A DNA stretch of 59,244 nucleotides from a virus (Duplodnaviria; Caudoviricetes). Below are positions 9,601-17,930 of the stretch, piece after piece. The stretch spans positions 1 through 59,244 of IMG/VR virus record IMGVR_UViG_3300042922_001463; one strand, written 5' to 3'. The notes under the pieces were generated by a model, which was not told where the DNA came from, ran no database searches, and was given only the letters and a program-made list of their open reading frames with translations. The position numbers were made by a program, and so were the translations under genes. Position 1 is the first letter of the stretch. Each line of letters opens with the position of its first letter.

Positions 9601-10017
9601 TCAGTCCGTTACGGGCTCGAAGAAGCGGATGCGCCCCCAGCCCTGCATGCGCAGGGCGGCGACCGGATCGAGGCGAGAGCCGGAGCCCTCGTCGCAATGG
9701 GAGACGAGGCGTTCGGGGGCGAGCCAAACGCCGATATGAGCGGCGCGATCAGCGCGCCCCATGGCGACCAGCGCGCCGTCGGCGGCACTGATCAAGCCCG
9801 GCGCCGGCGGCACGGCCTCATGCCACCTCTGGCGCTCCGGATGGCCTTCTATGGTCTCGATCATCCAGCGCCAGCCGGGATGCTCCGGCAGAACGACGTC
9901 CGGAAGGTCGCGGCCGAACAGCTCGCGCTCGACAAGCTTCGCGTGATGCCAGCAAGAATAGTCCGGCGACCAGCGCCGACCGATCAGGCCGGCGAGGAAG
10001 GCGCTGCGATCCGTCAT
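9601..10017 (-). CDS. NlpC/P60-like tail assembly protein (gpK-like)
   Basis: LIGRRW...SCWH...HIGVW...VSH catalytic pattern. Confidence 0.8.
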   Translation of the reverse strand: MTDRSAFLAGLIGRRWSPDYSCWHHAKLVERELFGRDLPDVVLPEHPGWRWMIETIEGHPERQRWHEAVPPAPGLISAADGALVAMGRADRAAHIGVWLAPERLVSHCDEGSGSRLDPVAALRMQGWGRIRFFEPVTD

Positions 10018-10550
10018 CGCACCAGCCCCGCGAAAGCGGCGCGGGTGTAGACGTTGCGCGGGAATTTCTTGTTGCCGAGGTTCGACAGAGAGGCCGCTCC
10101 GGTCACGGAGCTGCCGACCACCTTCGCCTTGGAGATCAGGAACTCCACCGGTCCATAGATCGGCTCGGAAGGGTCGTCGTCGCGATACTCGCGGTAGATC
10201 GCCTTGAGGTCGGCATTGTAGCCGACGGCCGCCTCGAGATAGGCGGTCAGCTCGCGCGCGACGTTGTCGATGGCGATCGGCGCCTGCGGAATCTGCCCCT
10301 GCGAGAGCTCGGCGAAGGGCGAGGTGAAGGCCGCCGGCTCGAAGATCGCCATCTGGCCGGGATTGAACAGCCCGCCCGGCTCAATGCCGAGCGAGCGGGG
10401 CATGACGTCATGCACTAGGCGTGCCGGCACTTCATTGCCCTCTTCGTCCTGAATCGCCGGGTGCTGCAGCTCCAGCGTGACGAAGACGTCGAAGTCCGTG
10501 GTGCTGGAAGCCTCCGCCTCTTCCCACGCGGCGTTGTGGGGCACGCTCAT
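10014..10550 (-). CDS. Minor tail protein (DUF1833 / gpL-like)
   Basis: TLELQHP...IDNV..., C-terminal FPRNVYTRAAFAGL; start re-called. Confidence 0.8.
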   Translation of the reverse strand: MSVPHNAAWEEAEASSTTDFDVFVTLELQHPAIQDEEGNEVPARLVHDVMPRSLGIEPGGLFNPGQMAIFEPAAFTSPFAELSQGQIPQAPIAIDNVARELTAYLEAAVGYNADLKAIYREYRDDDPSEPIYGPVEFLISKAKVVGSSVTGAASLSNLGNKKFPRNVYTRAAFAGLVR

Positions 10551-10939
10551 GGCGACACCGGCACGAGCTCGGCCGGCAGCACGAGCAGCGAGAACGACAC
10601 CATGGTCTCGGCGCCGATCGAGCCATACTGGATGCCGCCGGCGCCACCGATGATCTGCACGACGCGAGTCGTATAGGTCTGGCCGTCCAGCGACACCGGC
10701 ATGAGGAAGCGCGTCGCGCCGCCGCCGATCGTCGCGAGGAAGGCCGTGAAGCTGGCCATCTGCGCGCCGGTCAGGCCGCGACCCCACCTGCCTGTGCCGA
10801 CGCCGTCACCGGGACGGCGCCGCTGACGCGTGTCCCCGCCTTCCATCTCGGTGGAGATCACCTCCCGACCCGGAACATAGCCCCATGCGGATCGCTCCGG
10901 GCGGAATGGGACCGCGCTCGGCCATTCAGCGTATGCCAT
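10547..10939 (-). CDS. Distal tail protein (gpM-like)
   Basis: WP...STEMEGGDTRQRRR motif directly after tape measure. Confidence 0.75.
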   Translation of the reverse strand: MAYAEWPSAVPFRPERSAWGYVPGREVISTEMEGGDTRQRRRPGDGVGTGRWGRGLTGAQMASFTAFLATIGGGATRFLMPVSLDGQTYTTRVVQIIGGAGGIQYGSIGAETMVSFSLLVLPAELVPVSP

Positions 10940-13900
10940 TAGCCCAGATCCCCACGGCGCAGGCCGTAACGGCGTTCGACTGCCGTAGCGACGTCTCCGC
11001 CATCTTCGAATTGCCGGCTCACCTCGTCAGCGGCGACACGGCGCATCATCAGCTCGATGTCGATTCCGCCATCAGCTCCCATCGTCGCCCGCGTCCGTGC
11101 GGTGTAACCCGCCGGGGCATTGCTGACGTGTACCGAGATGCGCGGCGGCGCCATGGGCCGGCTGTTGTCATTCGCCGTGCCGCGGAACGCCCGCAGCGCA
11201 TCGGCGACACCGACGGCGCCACCGGCGTCATAGCCCCTGAGACCGCGATGCAGCGCGTCGAGGTTGCCGACGCCGGCGCTCCGGACCGCCTCCTGCGAGA
11301 ACACGAACTCGCCGCGATGCACGAGACCGGCGGCGTCGTACTTGCCGCCGGCGCCGGTGTACCCGCCGGTCGCGTAGATCGAGCCGGAGGCCGCCGCGAA
11401 ACCAGAAGAAGCCCCGGTAGATGGCGCCCCGAAGTTGAGAAATCCGGCCACGATGCTGCCCAGCGTGTTGCTACCGCTCGTGCCCGGCCCGAAGAGGCTC
11501 GCCGCCAGGTTCTGCATCGCGATGTCGAGAACGACGTTCAGTGCGCGCTTGGCGGCGTTCTCCAGCGCCTCCATGGCATCCGCGCCGTCGAGGATGTCGC
11601 TGACGAAGCCGGAGAGGAAATCGCCGGCTATGTCCCGGGTGGTGCTGAGGATGGCGTTCAGCCGCAGCGCCTGTGCCTCGAAGGAATCCAGGTCGACGGC
11701 GAGGCCGGCGGAGCGCAGCGTCGAGGCGATCTGCTGATCGATCGGGCCGCGGCCCAGCTGATCGCGCTCAAACTGGATATCCGCCATCAGGTTCAGGCGC
11801 GCCGTCAGCTCCGCCTTGCGGCCGAGCTCGGCGTTCTGCTGCTTCAGCAGTTCAAGCTGGCGTTCATCTACGGCGGTGCCGTTGGCTTCGGCCTCACGCT
11901 TCAGTTCCCAATAGCTCTGGAAGTTGGCCCGGAGCTCGGCGACCTCGCCAGCCGTCTTCCCGATGAGATCGGCTTCAAGTTCCTGCGCTGCGACGCTCTG
12001 CTGCGCGCCGAGCAGACGATCCCGACCGGCCTGGTCAAGTGCCACCGTCGCCTGCGTCAGTTCGCGCGTAGCCGCCGCCTCGGCGCGCGCGGCCGCGGTC
12101 TTGCCGTCGGCCCCTTCGGTCTCTGCCCGGTAGCGCTCAAGTGCCGCCGACGCGGCCGCACGCTGTTCCGGCGTGATCGCCTTCAGCAGGGCGATCTCAA
12201 GTTCCTGCTCACGGCGAACGACCTCGGCCTGCGGAACAAGGTTCCCATAGGCGTCGGTCATCGACCGGATTTGGTTCGTGACGCCTTCGAGGGCCCTTTG
12301 CTGCCCAGCCGTATCACCAAGACCGTGATCGAGGGCGCGCTGCAAATCAGCCTGCTGCTCCTGAAGACGGAGCAGATCCCCGTAGCGGCTGTCCCAAGAA
12401 CGAAGCGCGTCGCCGCCCGCTGTCGAGTATCGGTTGAGCTGAGCTTCGTTGGCGCGCAGCGCGGATAGTCGCCGCTGCTGCTCCATGTAATCCTCGACCA
12501 CGGCCATCTCGGCCTCGATCGCGGACTTCCTCCATCCCGCCCACGACGGAGTTTCCTCGAGATTGCGCTGCAAGTCCGCCAAGCGCTGCTGCGTCAGCGG
12601 AATCTCGAAGCTCTCACTAATGATTTTGCCAGTATTAGCAAAGCCTTCGGAGATCGAGTTCGAGACGGACTTCCACGCGCGCCCGAGGGCGGTCAACCGG
12701 CTTTCCGCCTGAGGCAGCACGCGAACCAAGCGGTCGAGCAGCACTGCCTGTGCTTCGGTGGTACGGTTCGCCGCCTCAAGCCCCTTTACGTATTGAAGCG
12801 TTGTATCATCGAGAAAATTCAGCTTGAGGTTCAGATCATCGGCACCCTTTGCCGGATCTGCGAATGCTTCTGCCAATTCTTGCCCGGCCTGCACGACGTC
12901 GCCCGTCGTGATGCTTGCATAGTTCGCAGCAGCTTCGGTTAGTCCGATAAAGAACTGCGTCCCGATACGACCGGTCGCCGCGAACGCGCCAGCAATATCG
13001 CGCGCCGCCCCTTGGGAGATGTCGGCGGCATCAGCGGCCGCGGATGCAATAGCCATAATATCTTGCACCGAGGCGCCAGTTTCACGCCCTCGGCCGGCTA
13101 GTGCGGCTTGCAGTTCCTTTTCCGCCAAGATCCAGCTGGCATAGGCGGCGGTTGCCGTCACCCCTACCGCCGCGATAGCCGTGACCGCCGCGCCCATTGG
13201 CGTGACTAGACCGGCCATCGAATTTCCCAGCGCGCGCACGCCAGCGACCACACCGCCCTCGCGGGTGGAGAGGATCTGGTAGATCTGGCCCGCCTGCGAC
13301 GCGAAGACCTGCATGGGGTTGGCCCCCATCGCCAGCATCGTGACGATGTCGTTGATTTGAAAGGACAAATTCGACAGGTCGAAGGTGCTCAGCGTGCGGC
13401 GCGTTTGCTCAAAGCCGCGAAGCATGACGATCTGCTGCGCGAAGGCGTCCTTGGTCCGCTGGATCGAAGCGGCACGCTCGGTCTCGGTCAGGATGCCGAG
13501 TTTGGCCGCCTGATTGATCTCTTGGAGATTATCGAGGTAAACGCGCTGCACCTGCGCGAGCGGCAGGTATTTCTCCCGCAGGCGCTGGATTTCGTTGCCG
13601 ACCGCGGCGATGTCGGCCGCACGCGTGTCAGTGCCGAAATCATCGCGCACGCCGAGGCGCTGATTGATGCCCGCCTGCGCCGCGGCCGATCGCGCACGTG
13701 CGAGTTCCGCTTCAGCATCCCGGGCCTTCACCACCTCGGCGATGTAGCGCTCATATTCTCGGCGCACCGAGGCGACCGCGTCCGCCTCGGCCTTCGCGCT
13801 CGCGGCACCGAGACTTCCGAAGAGCCCATTGGCCCGCTCGTTGGCGGACTGGCGAGCGGAAAACGGAGCCGACGCCCGACCAAGCCCGCTGAGCGCGCGC

Positions 13901-14655
13901 TCCGCCGCAAAGATCCGACTGCGAAGCGCCTCTTCCTGTTCAAGCTGGCGATTGATCGCGGCCTGCGCCTCGCTGACACCCCGCAAGGAGACGATTTGGT
14001 CCGCAAACGCCTGCTTGACGCGAGAGATAGCCGCGGCGCGCTCACCTTCGGTCAGGGCGCCTGTGCGCGCCGCTTCGTTGATCTCGGCGAGCGTCTCTCG
14101 GTAACGCCGCTGCTCGGCGGTGAGCGGAACATATTTCTCTCGGAGACGCTGGATCTGCTCGCCGAAGGCGGCGATGTCGGCGGCGCGGGCTTCAGTGCTG
14201 AAGTCGTTGCGAACGCCGAGCACAGCGTTGTAGCTCTGCTGCGCTGCTGCGGCCGCCGCGATGGCCTGCGTCTCCTCTTGGACGCGGCGCGTCATCTCTT
14301 GCTGCGCGGCCGAAACGATCCGATGCTTGGCATGCATCAGGTCGAGCGTCCGGGCGTATTCCTCTGCGGTCATCCGCCCGGTTTGAAGGGCACGATCCAG
14401 CTTCTGGTGCTCGCGAGCGAGCATCTGAAGGACGCGGTATTCATCATCGTAACGTCGGCGCACCGTGTCCGCCGCACGGCCGGCGTCGAGTTGGCGCTTC
14501 GTCACCGTGTCGGTGGTGAGAGCCATGGTCTCACCGGTGCGCGCGACATTGCCCTGCGCCGCCGCGACGCCCAGCAAATCGCGCTCAACCTTATCGAGAC
14601 CACGGCTCTCGCCTTGAACGACAAGGCGCCGGATCTGTTCGACGGTGGTGGCCAT
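10939..14655 (-). CDS. Tape measure protein
   Basis: About 1238 aa, Ala-rich helical; NLSFQINDIVTMLAMGANPMQVF; C-terminal ATGGYTGAGGKYDAAGLVHRGEFV. Confidence 0.93.
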   Translation of the reverse strand: MATTVEQIRRLVVQGESRGLDKVERDLLGVAAAQGNVARTGETMALTTDTVTKRQLDAGRAADTVRRRYDDEYRVLQMLAREHQKLDRALQTGRMTAEEYARTLDLMHAKHRIVSAAQQEMTRRVQEETQAIAAAAAAQQSYNAVLGVRNDFSTEARAADIAAFGEQIQRLREKYVPLTAEQRRYRETLAEINEAARTGALTEGERAAAISRVKQAFADQIVSLRGVSEAQAAINRQLEQEEALRSRIFAAERALSGLGRASAPFSARQSANERANGLFGSLGAASAKAEADAVASVRREYERYIAEVVKARDAEAELARARSAAAQAGINQRLGVRDDFGTDTRAADIAAVGNEIQRLREKYLPLAQVQRVYLDNLQEINQAAKLGILTETERAASIQRTKDAFAQQIVMLRGFEQTRRTLSTFDLSNLSFQINDIVTMLAMGANPMQVFASQAGQIYQILSTREGGVVAGVRALGNSMAGLVTPMGAAVTAIAAVGVTATAAYASWILAEKELQAALAGRGRETGASVQDIMAIASAAADAADISQGAARDIAGAFAATGRIGTQFFIGLTEAAANYASITTGDVVQAGQELAEAFADPAKGADDLNLKLNFLDDTTLQYVKGLEAANRTTEAQAVLLDRLVRVLPQAESRLTALGRAWKSVSNSISEGFANTGKIISESFEIPLTQQRLADLQRNLEETPSWAGWRKSAIEAEMAVVEDYMEQQRRLSALRANEAQLNRYSTAGGDALRSWDSRYGDLLRLQEQQADLQRALDHGLGDTAGQQRALEGVTNQIRSMTDAYGNLVPQAEVVRREQELEIALLKAITPEQRAAASAALERYRAETEGADGKTAAARAEAAATRELTQATVALDQAGRDRLLGAQQSVAAQELEADLIGKTAGEVAELRANFQSYWELKREAEANGTAVDERQLELLKQQNAELGRKAELTARLNLMADIQFERDQLGRGPIDQQIASTLRSAGLAVDLDSFEAQALRLNAILSTTRDIAGDFLSGFVSDILDGADAMEALENAAKRALNVVLDIAMQNLAASLFGPGTSGSNTLGSIVAGFLNFGAPSTGASSGFAAASGSIYATGGYTGAGGKYDAAGLVHRGEFVFSQEAVRSAGVGNLDALHRGLRGYDAGGAVGVADALRAFRGTANDNSRPMAPPRISVHVSNAPAGYTARTRATMGADGGIDIELMMRRVAADEVSRQFEDGGDVATAVERRYGLRRGDLG

Positions 14656-14722
14656 GGAGGATCCTTGCCGCGACGAAAGCGGGACAGCTAATCTCGTCAT
14701 CGTCGACCCTGGGGGAACAGCG

Positions 14723-15037
14723 ATGCGGATCTTTCTCGTCGTCTTGTTGATCGCCGTGATTGCTACAGGCGCAATTGCCTATACGCAGCTGTCTTTCTTC
14801 TCTGTTCAACCTATTGGCGCCGTGCCGGAAGGTCGAACAGTTTTGTTGCTACGAAACGGCCCGATGGAATTCATCGACAGCGCCGATGCGATATGCATGA
14901 GAACCACAGGTAGTGTGACACTACTATGTCGCGGCGCCGTATTGGGCCGCGTGTCTTCGTCACCGATATTGCTGCGACTGCCTTATCAACGATGGCTTTA
15001 CCTTATGTCGACAGATGGTCGAGAGTTTGGAGGATAG
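14723..15037 (+). CDS. Membrane-anchored/secreted moron protein
   Basis: GGGGGA RBS, signal peptide MRIFLVVLLIAV, lower GC, opposite strand to late genes. Confidence 0.7.
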   Translation: MRIFLVVLLIAVIATGAIAYTQLSFFSVQPIGAVPEGRTVLLLRNGPMEFIDSADAICMRTTGSVTLLCRGAVLGRVSSSPILLRLPYQRWLYLMSTDGREFGG

Positions 15038-15043
15038 AAAGCG

Positions 15044-15083
15044 GGCACAGGGAGACGATCTTGCGCATCGACCTCCCTGTGCC
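15044..15083 (-). terminator. 11-bp hairpin closing the pentamer array (probably bidirectional)
   Basis: GGCACAGGGAG (15044-54) / CTCCCTGTGCC (15073-83). Confidence 0.65.
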
Positions 15084-15294
15084 TGACAGCGCACGCCGCG
15101 CCTAGTCAAACCGCGACTTCTCTCGTCCCGCCTCGCCACACACAGCCCTGCCGCGCCGGCCTCGACTGGACAAGCCTTGCCCTGCCAAACCTCTCCACGT
15201 CAAACCTGGCCCCGCCTCGCCGTGCCTGCCATGCCAGAACAAGCCGTATCTAGGCTTGCCTTGCCGTGCCGCAACTCTCCTTGCCTGCCCTGCC
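15084..15294 (-). repeat. Non-coding GGY-NN pentamer array; putative guide-RNA array in three phased blocks
   Basis: Minus strand: GGCA|GGCAA GGAGA GTTGC GGCAC GGCAA GGCAA GCCTA GATAC GGCTT GTTCT GGCAT|GGCA|13 pentamers|GGCC|14 pentamers|GTCA. Confidence 0.9.
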
Positions 15295-15332
15295 GAGATC
15301 CCTGCCAGACCGATGGGCCATCGGCCTTCGCA

Positions 15333-15839
15333 CTACTCCGCCGCGATCTGCGGCTGTTCCACGCCGCCGAGGCTCTCGATAGCCGCAGCGAAAACACCGG
15401 GGTCACGGCCGACATGGATCAGCGCGGCCTGATACCGCGTGAGCCAGGCGCGCAGCGCGAGAGCCGCCTGCCGGCAATGCTCCGTCATATGCGCCGGGTC
15501 ATCCGGATCGACGAGGACATATCCTCCCCCATCCCGCCTTCCACCGATGGGAGATAGCACCATCGGCATCGGCGCTTCGCGTACCAATATTGTGCCCTTT
15601 CGGCCGATCTCCTCGACCTTGAACGACACGCGCAGGTCGCGGGCGAAGTCGCGCGCCTGTTCGACCTGATAGGCGTGCGCAGCCTTGTCCCGATCCCATT
15701 CGAACCATTCGTAGGCGGGATGTTCGACGCCCTTCTCGCGGACCTCGTCGAGAAAGAGGCCTGGGTTGAACTGGCCGTTATGACGAAGAGCGAACTCGCG
15801 GACGATCTCCTGACGGCGTTCTTTGGTGAAGCGGCTCAT
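15333..15839 (-). CDS. Partner protein of the RAMP-like gene
   Basis: HPAYEWFEWDRDKAAHAYQVEQAR motif; TGATG coupling to upstream gene. Confidence 0.8.
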   Translation of the reverse strand: MSRFTKERRQEIVREFALRHNGQFNPGLFLDEVREKGVEHPAYEWFEWDRDKAAHAYQVEQARDFARDLRVSFKVEEIGRKGTILVREAPMPMVLSPIGGRRDGGGYVLVDPDDPAHMTEHCRQAALALRAWLTRYQAALIHVGRDPGVFAAAIESLGGVEQPQIAAE

Positions 15840-16594
15840 CAGGCAGCCCTCCGCCTTACTTCGCCATGGAAGAACTCCATCAGGTCGGTCGTGTCGCGGT
15901 CGGCATATCCCGGCGCGTTCAGCGCCTCGATCTGCGCCGGCCGGCCATGGTCGGCGATGAGTTCATCCCATTCGGCGTCTTCCTCGCCCTCGCCGAGGAC
16001 CCGGAAGCTGCCGTATGCGCCCTTGCCCTTCTCCTGCCGGTAGTCGCCGACGCCGACCAGAACGCCCGCGTTGCAGAGAAGCGCCACGACCGAGGCGACT
16101 GAGAGCTGAGGCGTGATGAACTGGATCTCAACCTCCGCGCCCCATTTCGGCAGGAAGGCACGGGTCCGGACGTCCGGCGTCTTGTTGATGTCGGCCGAGC
16201 GGACGACGTCCATGCGCAGCTGCGGCACGCCATAGAGCGGCGCGAAGTCGCCCGGCATGAACAGCAGGCGCTGTGCCGACGTCTTCGTGAGGCCGGGCGT
16301 CTCCAGAGCGGCCGTGGACATGGCCGCTTTGATCGCGACAACGCGCAGGCCGAGAGCAGTCGGTCCGGCGGGGAGGATCTCGGCGCTGTCGCGAAATTCC
16401 TGCAGAGGGTCGTGCTTGATCTGCGCTCGGTCCGCCCGCCCCTTCTTCTGGCCACCGACGAGCAGCTGCTGCTTCGCCTTGTTGGCCATGCGGTTCTGGA
16501 ACAGCGGCGTGACGCCGATGACCCGCAGCTTCACCGATCCGCGGCGAAGCGGCTGCACTGTGACTTCTTCGATGTCCGAAGGCTTCTTGGCCAT
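15839..16594 (-). CDS. Cas7/RAMP-like RNA-binding protein (Vipr-like)
   Basis: GGAGA RBS; first strand LRVIGVTPLFQN; C-terminal Gly-rich loop GVLVGVGDYRQEKGKGAYGSFRV; start re-called to ATG 16594 (251 aa). Confidence 0.8.
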   Translation of the reverse strand: MAKKPSDIEEVTVQPLRRGSVKLRVIGVTPLFQNRMANKAKQQLLVGGQKKGRADRAQIKHDPLQEFRDSAEILPAGPTALGLRVVAIKAAMSTAALETPGLTKTSAQRLLFMPGDFAPLYGVPQLRMDVVRSADINKTPDVRTRAFLPKWGAEVEIQFITPQLSVASVVALLCNAGVLVGVGDYRQEKGKGAYGSFRVLGEGEEDAEWDELIADHGRPAQIEALNAPGYADRDTTDLMEFFHGEVRRRAA

Positions 16595-16605
16595 TGTCAG
16601 TCTCC

Positions 16606-16670
16606 ATGGGCATCCGGCCCGCCAAGACCTGGATGCGTACAGGTGGTCGCTCACGACCGCCGGAGCCCAT
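16606..16670 (-). ncRNA. Predicted three-way-junction RNA in the leader of the RAMP-like gene
   Basis: 12-bp outer stem (16606-18 / 16659-70, one bulge) enclosing ACCTG/CAGGT and GGTCG/CGACC hairpins; abuts the RBS. Confidence 0.5.
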
Positions 16671-16729
16671 GAAGCTCGCGGTCGCATCAAATCCCCATGG
16701 CGGCGGGGAATTCGTGATGTCGGGTGTTC

Positions 16730-17392
16730 TCAGCTCGCCAGAGCGAGCCGCTCGATGTCGTTGATCAGGGCGATGGTCGCGTTGCAGTCGTCGCCGGTCC
16801 AGTTGCTGGCATCTTGCCGGCGGACGACGGCGACCTTCACCGCGAGATCGGAGAGAGAGGTCGCCGGCGTGGTGAGGATTTCGTCCTCGATCGCGCAGAG
16901 CGCCTCGTACGCGGTGATGGAGGTTTCCTCGGCGGCGTCTAGGCCGATCTCATCGCGCAGCCGCTTGAGGTCGCTCTCCCACCGACGGACGGCATCTGCC
17001 CTCGCCTGCGCCTTGTCAGCGAGCTCGTGCCAGTTCCTCTTTCGGTACTTGGCGGCCAGGCCTTCCCATTGGGCGATGGTGCCAACGGTACGATACCGGC
17101 CATCAGGCTGACGCTCTTCCGACCAGCGGGCAGAGAACATGAAGCCGTTCGGCACGTATGCCTCTCCCGGCCTTATGGGCTTCAGGTCGGCGTAGAGCCG
17201 CCCTACCCTCTCTGCCTCGTCGCTGGTGCTCTCGTAAGCGGCCAACGCCGCATCGAACTGCGGCTTCAGCATCGCGATAGCGCTGCTGGCCATCGCTGGC
17301 AGCGGGATCGTCAGTCCAGCCGCCACCCCGGCGCCAAGGCCGGTGAGGAACCGGCGCCGGGATGTGTTAGTCCTTGTCGTAGCTTCGACCAT
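16730..17392 (-). CDS. Hypothetical phage protein with Tat-like N-terminus
   Basis: SRRRFLTGLGAG; C-terminal ILTTPATSLSDLAVKV motif; GGAG RBS. Confidence 0.7.
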   Translation of the reverse strand: MVEATTRTNTSRRRFLTGLGAGVAAGLTIPLPAMASSAIAMLKPQFDAALAAYESTSDEAERVGRLYADLKPIRPGEAYVPNGFMFSARWSEERQPDGRYRTVGTIAQWEGLAAKYRKRNWHELADKAQARADAVRRWESDLKRLRDEIGLDAAEETSITAYEALCAIEDEILTTPATSLSDLAVKVAVVRRQDASNWTGDDCNATIALINDIERLALAS

Positions 17393-17419
17393 CGGACTGA
17401 ACTCCGTGGTTGGGGTTAG

Positions 17420-17510
17420 GGCCGGGAGGAAGTTGCCGCTTCCTGCCGGCCTGCTTTCGTGATAACACGATTACACTGATTGTCAACTCATGTTATCACG
17501 ATAACACCAA
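17420..17510. promoter_or_regulatory. Divergent promoter/operator region plus leader hairpin
   Basis: Perfect inverted repeat CGTGATAACA (17458-67) / TGTTATCACG (17491-500); minus-strand TTGACA-N16-TATCAC; hairpin 17420-17451. Confidence 0.7.
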
Positions 17511-17792
17511 ATGCGCGCACCCGAGACTGGAACGCTAGTCGGAGTCCGGCTTCAGGCTGACGACCTCACAACCCTCGATGGCTGGCGGCGTCAGCAGGAC
17601 GATCTTCCTTCGCGCCCTGAAGCGATCCGCAGGCTGACCGCGTTCGCGCTCGCCCTCGCGCCTCACTTTGAAGAGGTCAAGGGCGTCATAGGCGACGCCA
17701 TCTCCACGGACGAAGGCGACCTCATCGACCCGGCACATCGAGCGCTGTTGGATGCACTTGTCGAGGCCAATGAAGCTGTGCGCAGCTCATGA
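17511..17792 (+). CDS. Ribbon-helix-helix (Arc/CopG-like) repressor, probably leaderless
   Basis: LVGVRL...LDGWRRQQDDLPSRPEAIRRL. Confidence 0.8.
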   Translation: MRAPETGTLVGVRLQADDLTTLDGWRRQQDDLPSRPEAIRRLTAFALALAPHFEEVKGVIGDAISTDEGDLIDPAHRALLDALVEANEAVRSS

Positions 17793-17930
17793 CCCTCGGG
17801 CCCCTGCGGAATCGCTGCGGGCAGCACAAGTCGGTCACGAAAACGCCCGCGAACCTAGCGGCCGCGGGCGTCTATCGCTGACAAACATGGCCCCACCTGC
17901 TCCCGCGGGACAGGGCGCCCGAAGATCAAT

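Noticed and set aside
7325-9739. 804-aa plus-strand ORF, and similar long ORFs at 10885-12468, 13357-14691, 23876-25819, 37600-39045 and 52253-54112
   Set aside because: Antisense shadows of well-supported GC-rich genes; no motifs and no RBS
15088-15226. Self-targets for array blocks 2 and 3 (tried the cI DGQ segment, capsid AGWV and tail-tube ALY)
   Set aside because: By-eye matches were only about half the positions or worse, which is chance level
15084-15294. Array as a canonical CRISPR or a simple microsatellite
   Set aside because: No 25-40 nt identical repeats with spacers; variation is concentrated at positions 4-5 of each unit, unlike slippage decay
15177-15557. Short ORFs over the pentamer array (15177-15557 plus, 15200-15415 minus)
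   Set aside because: Low-complexity translations of a 5-nt periodic sequence; a period of 5 is incompatible with coding
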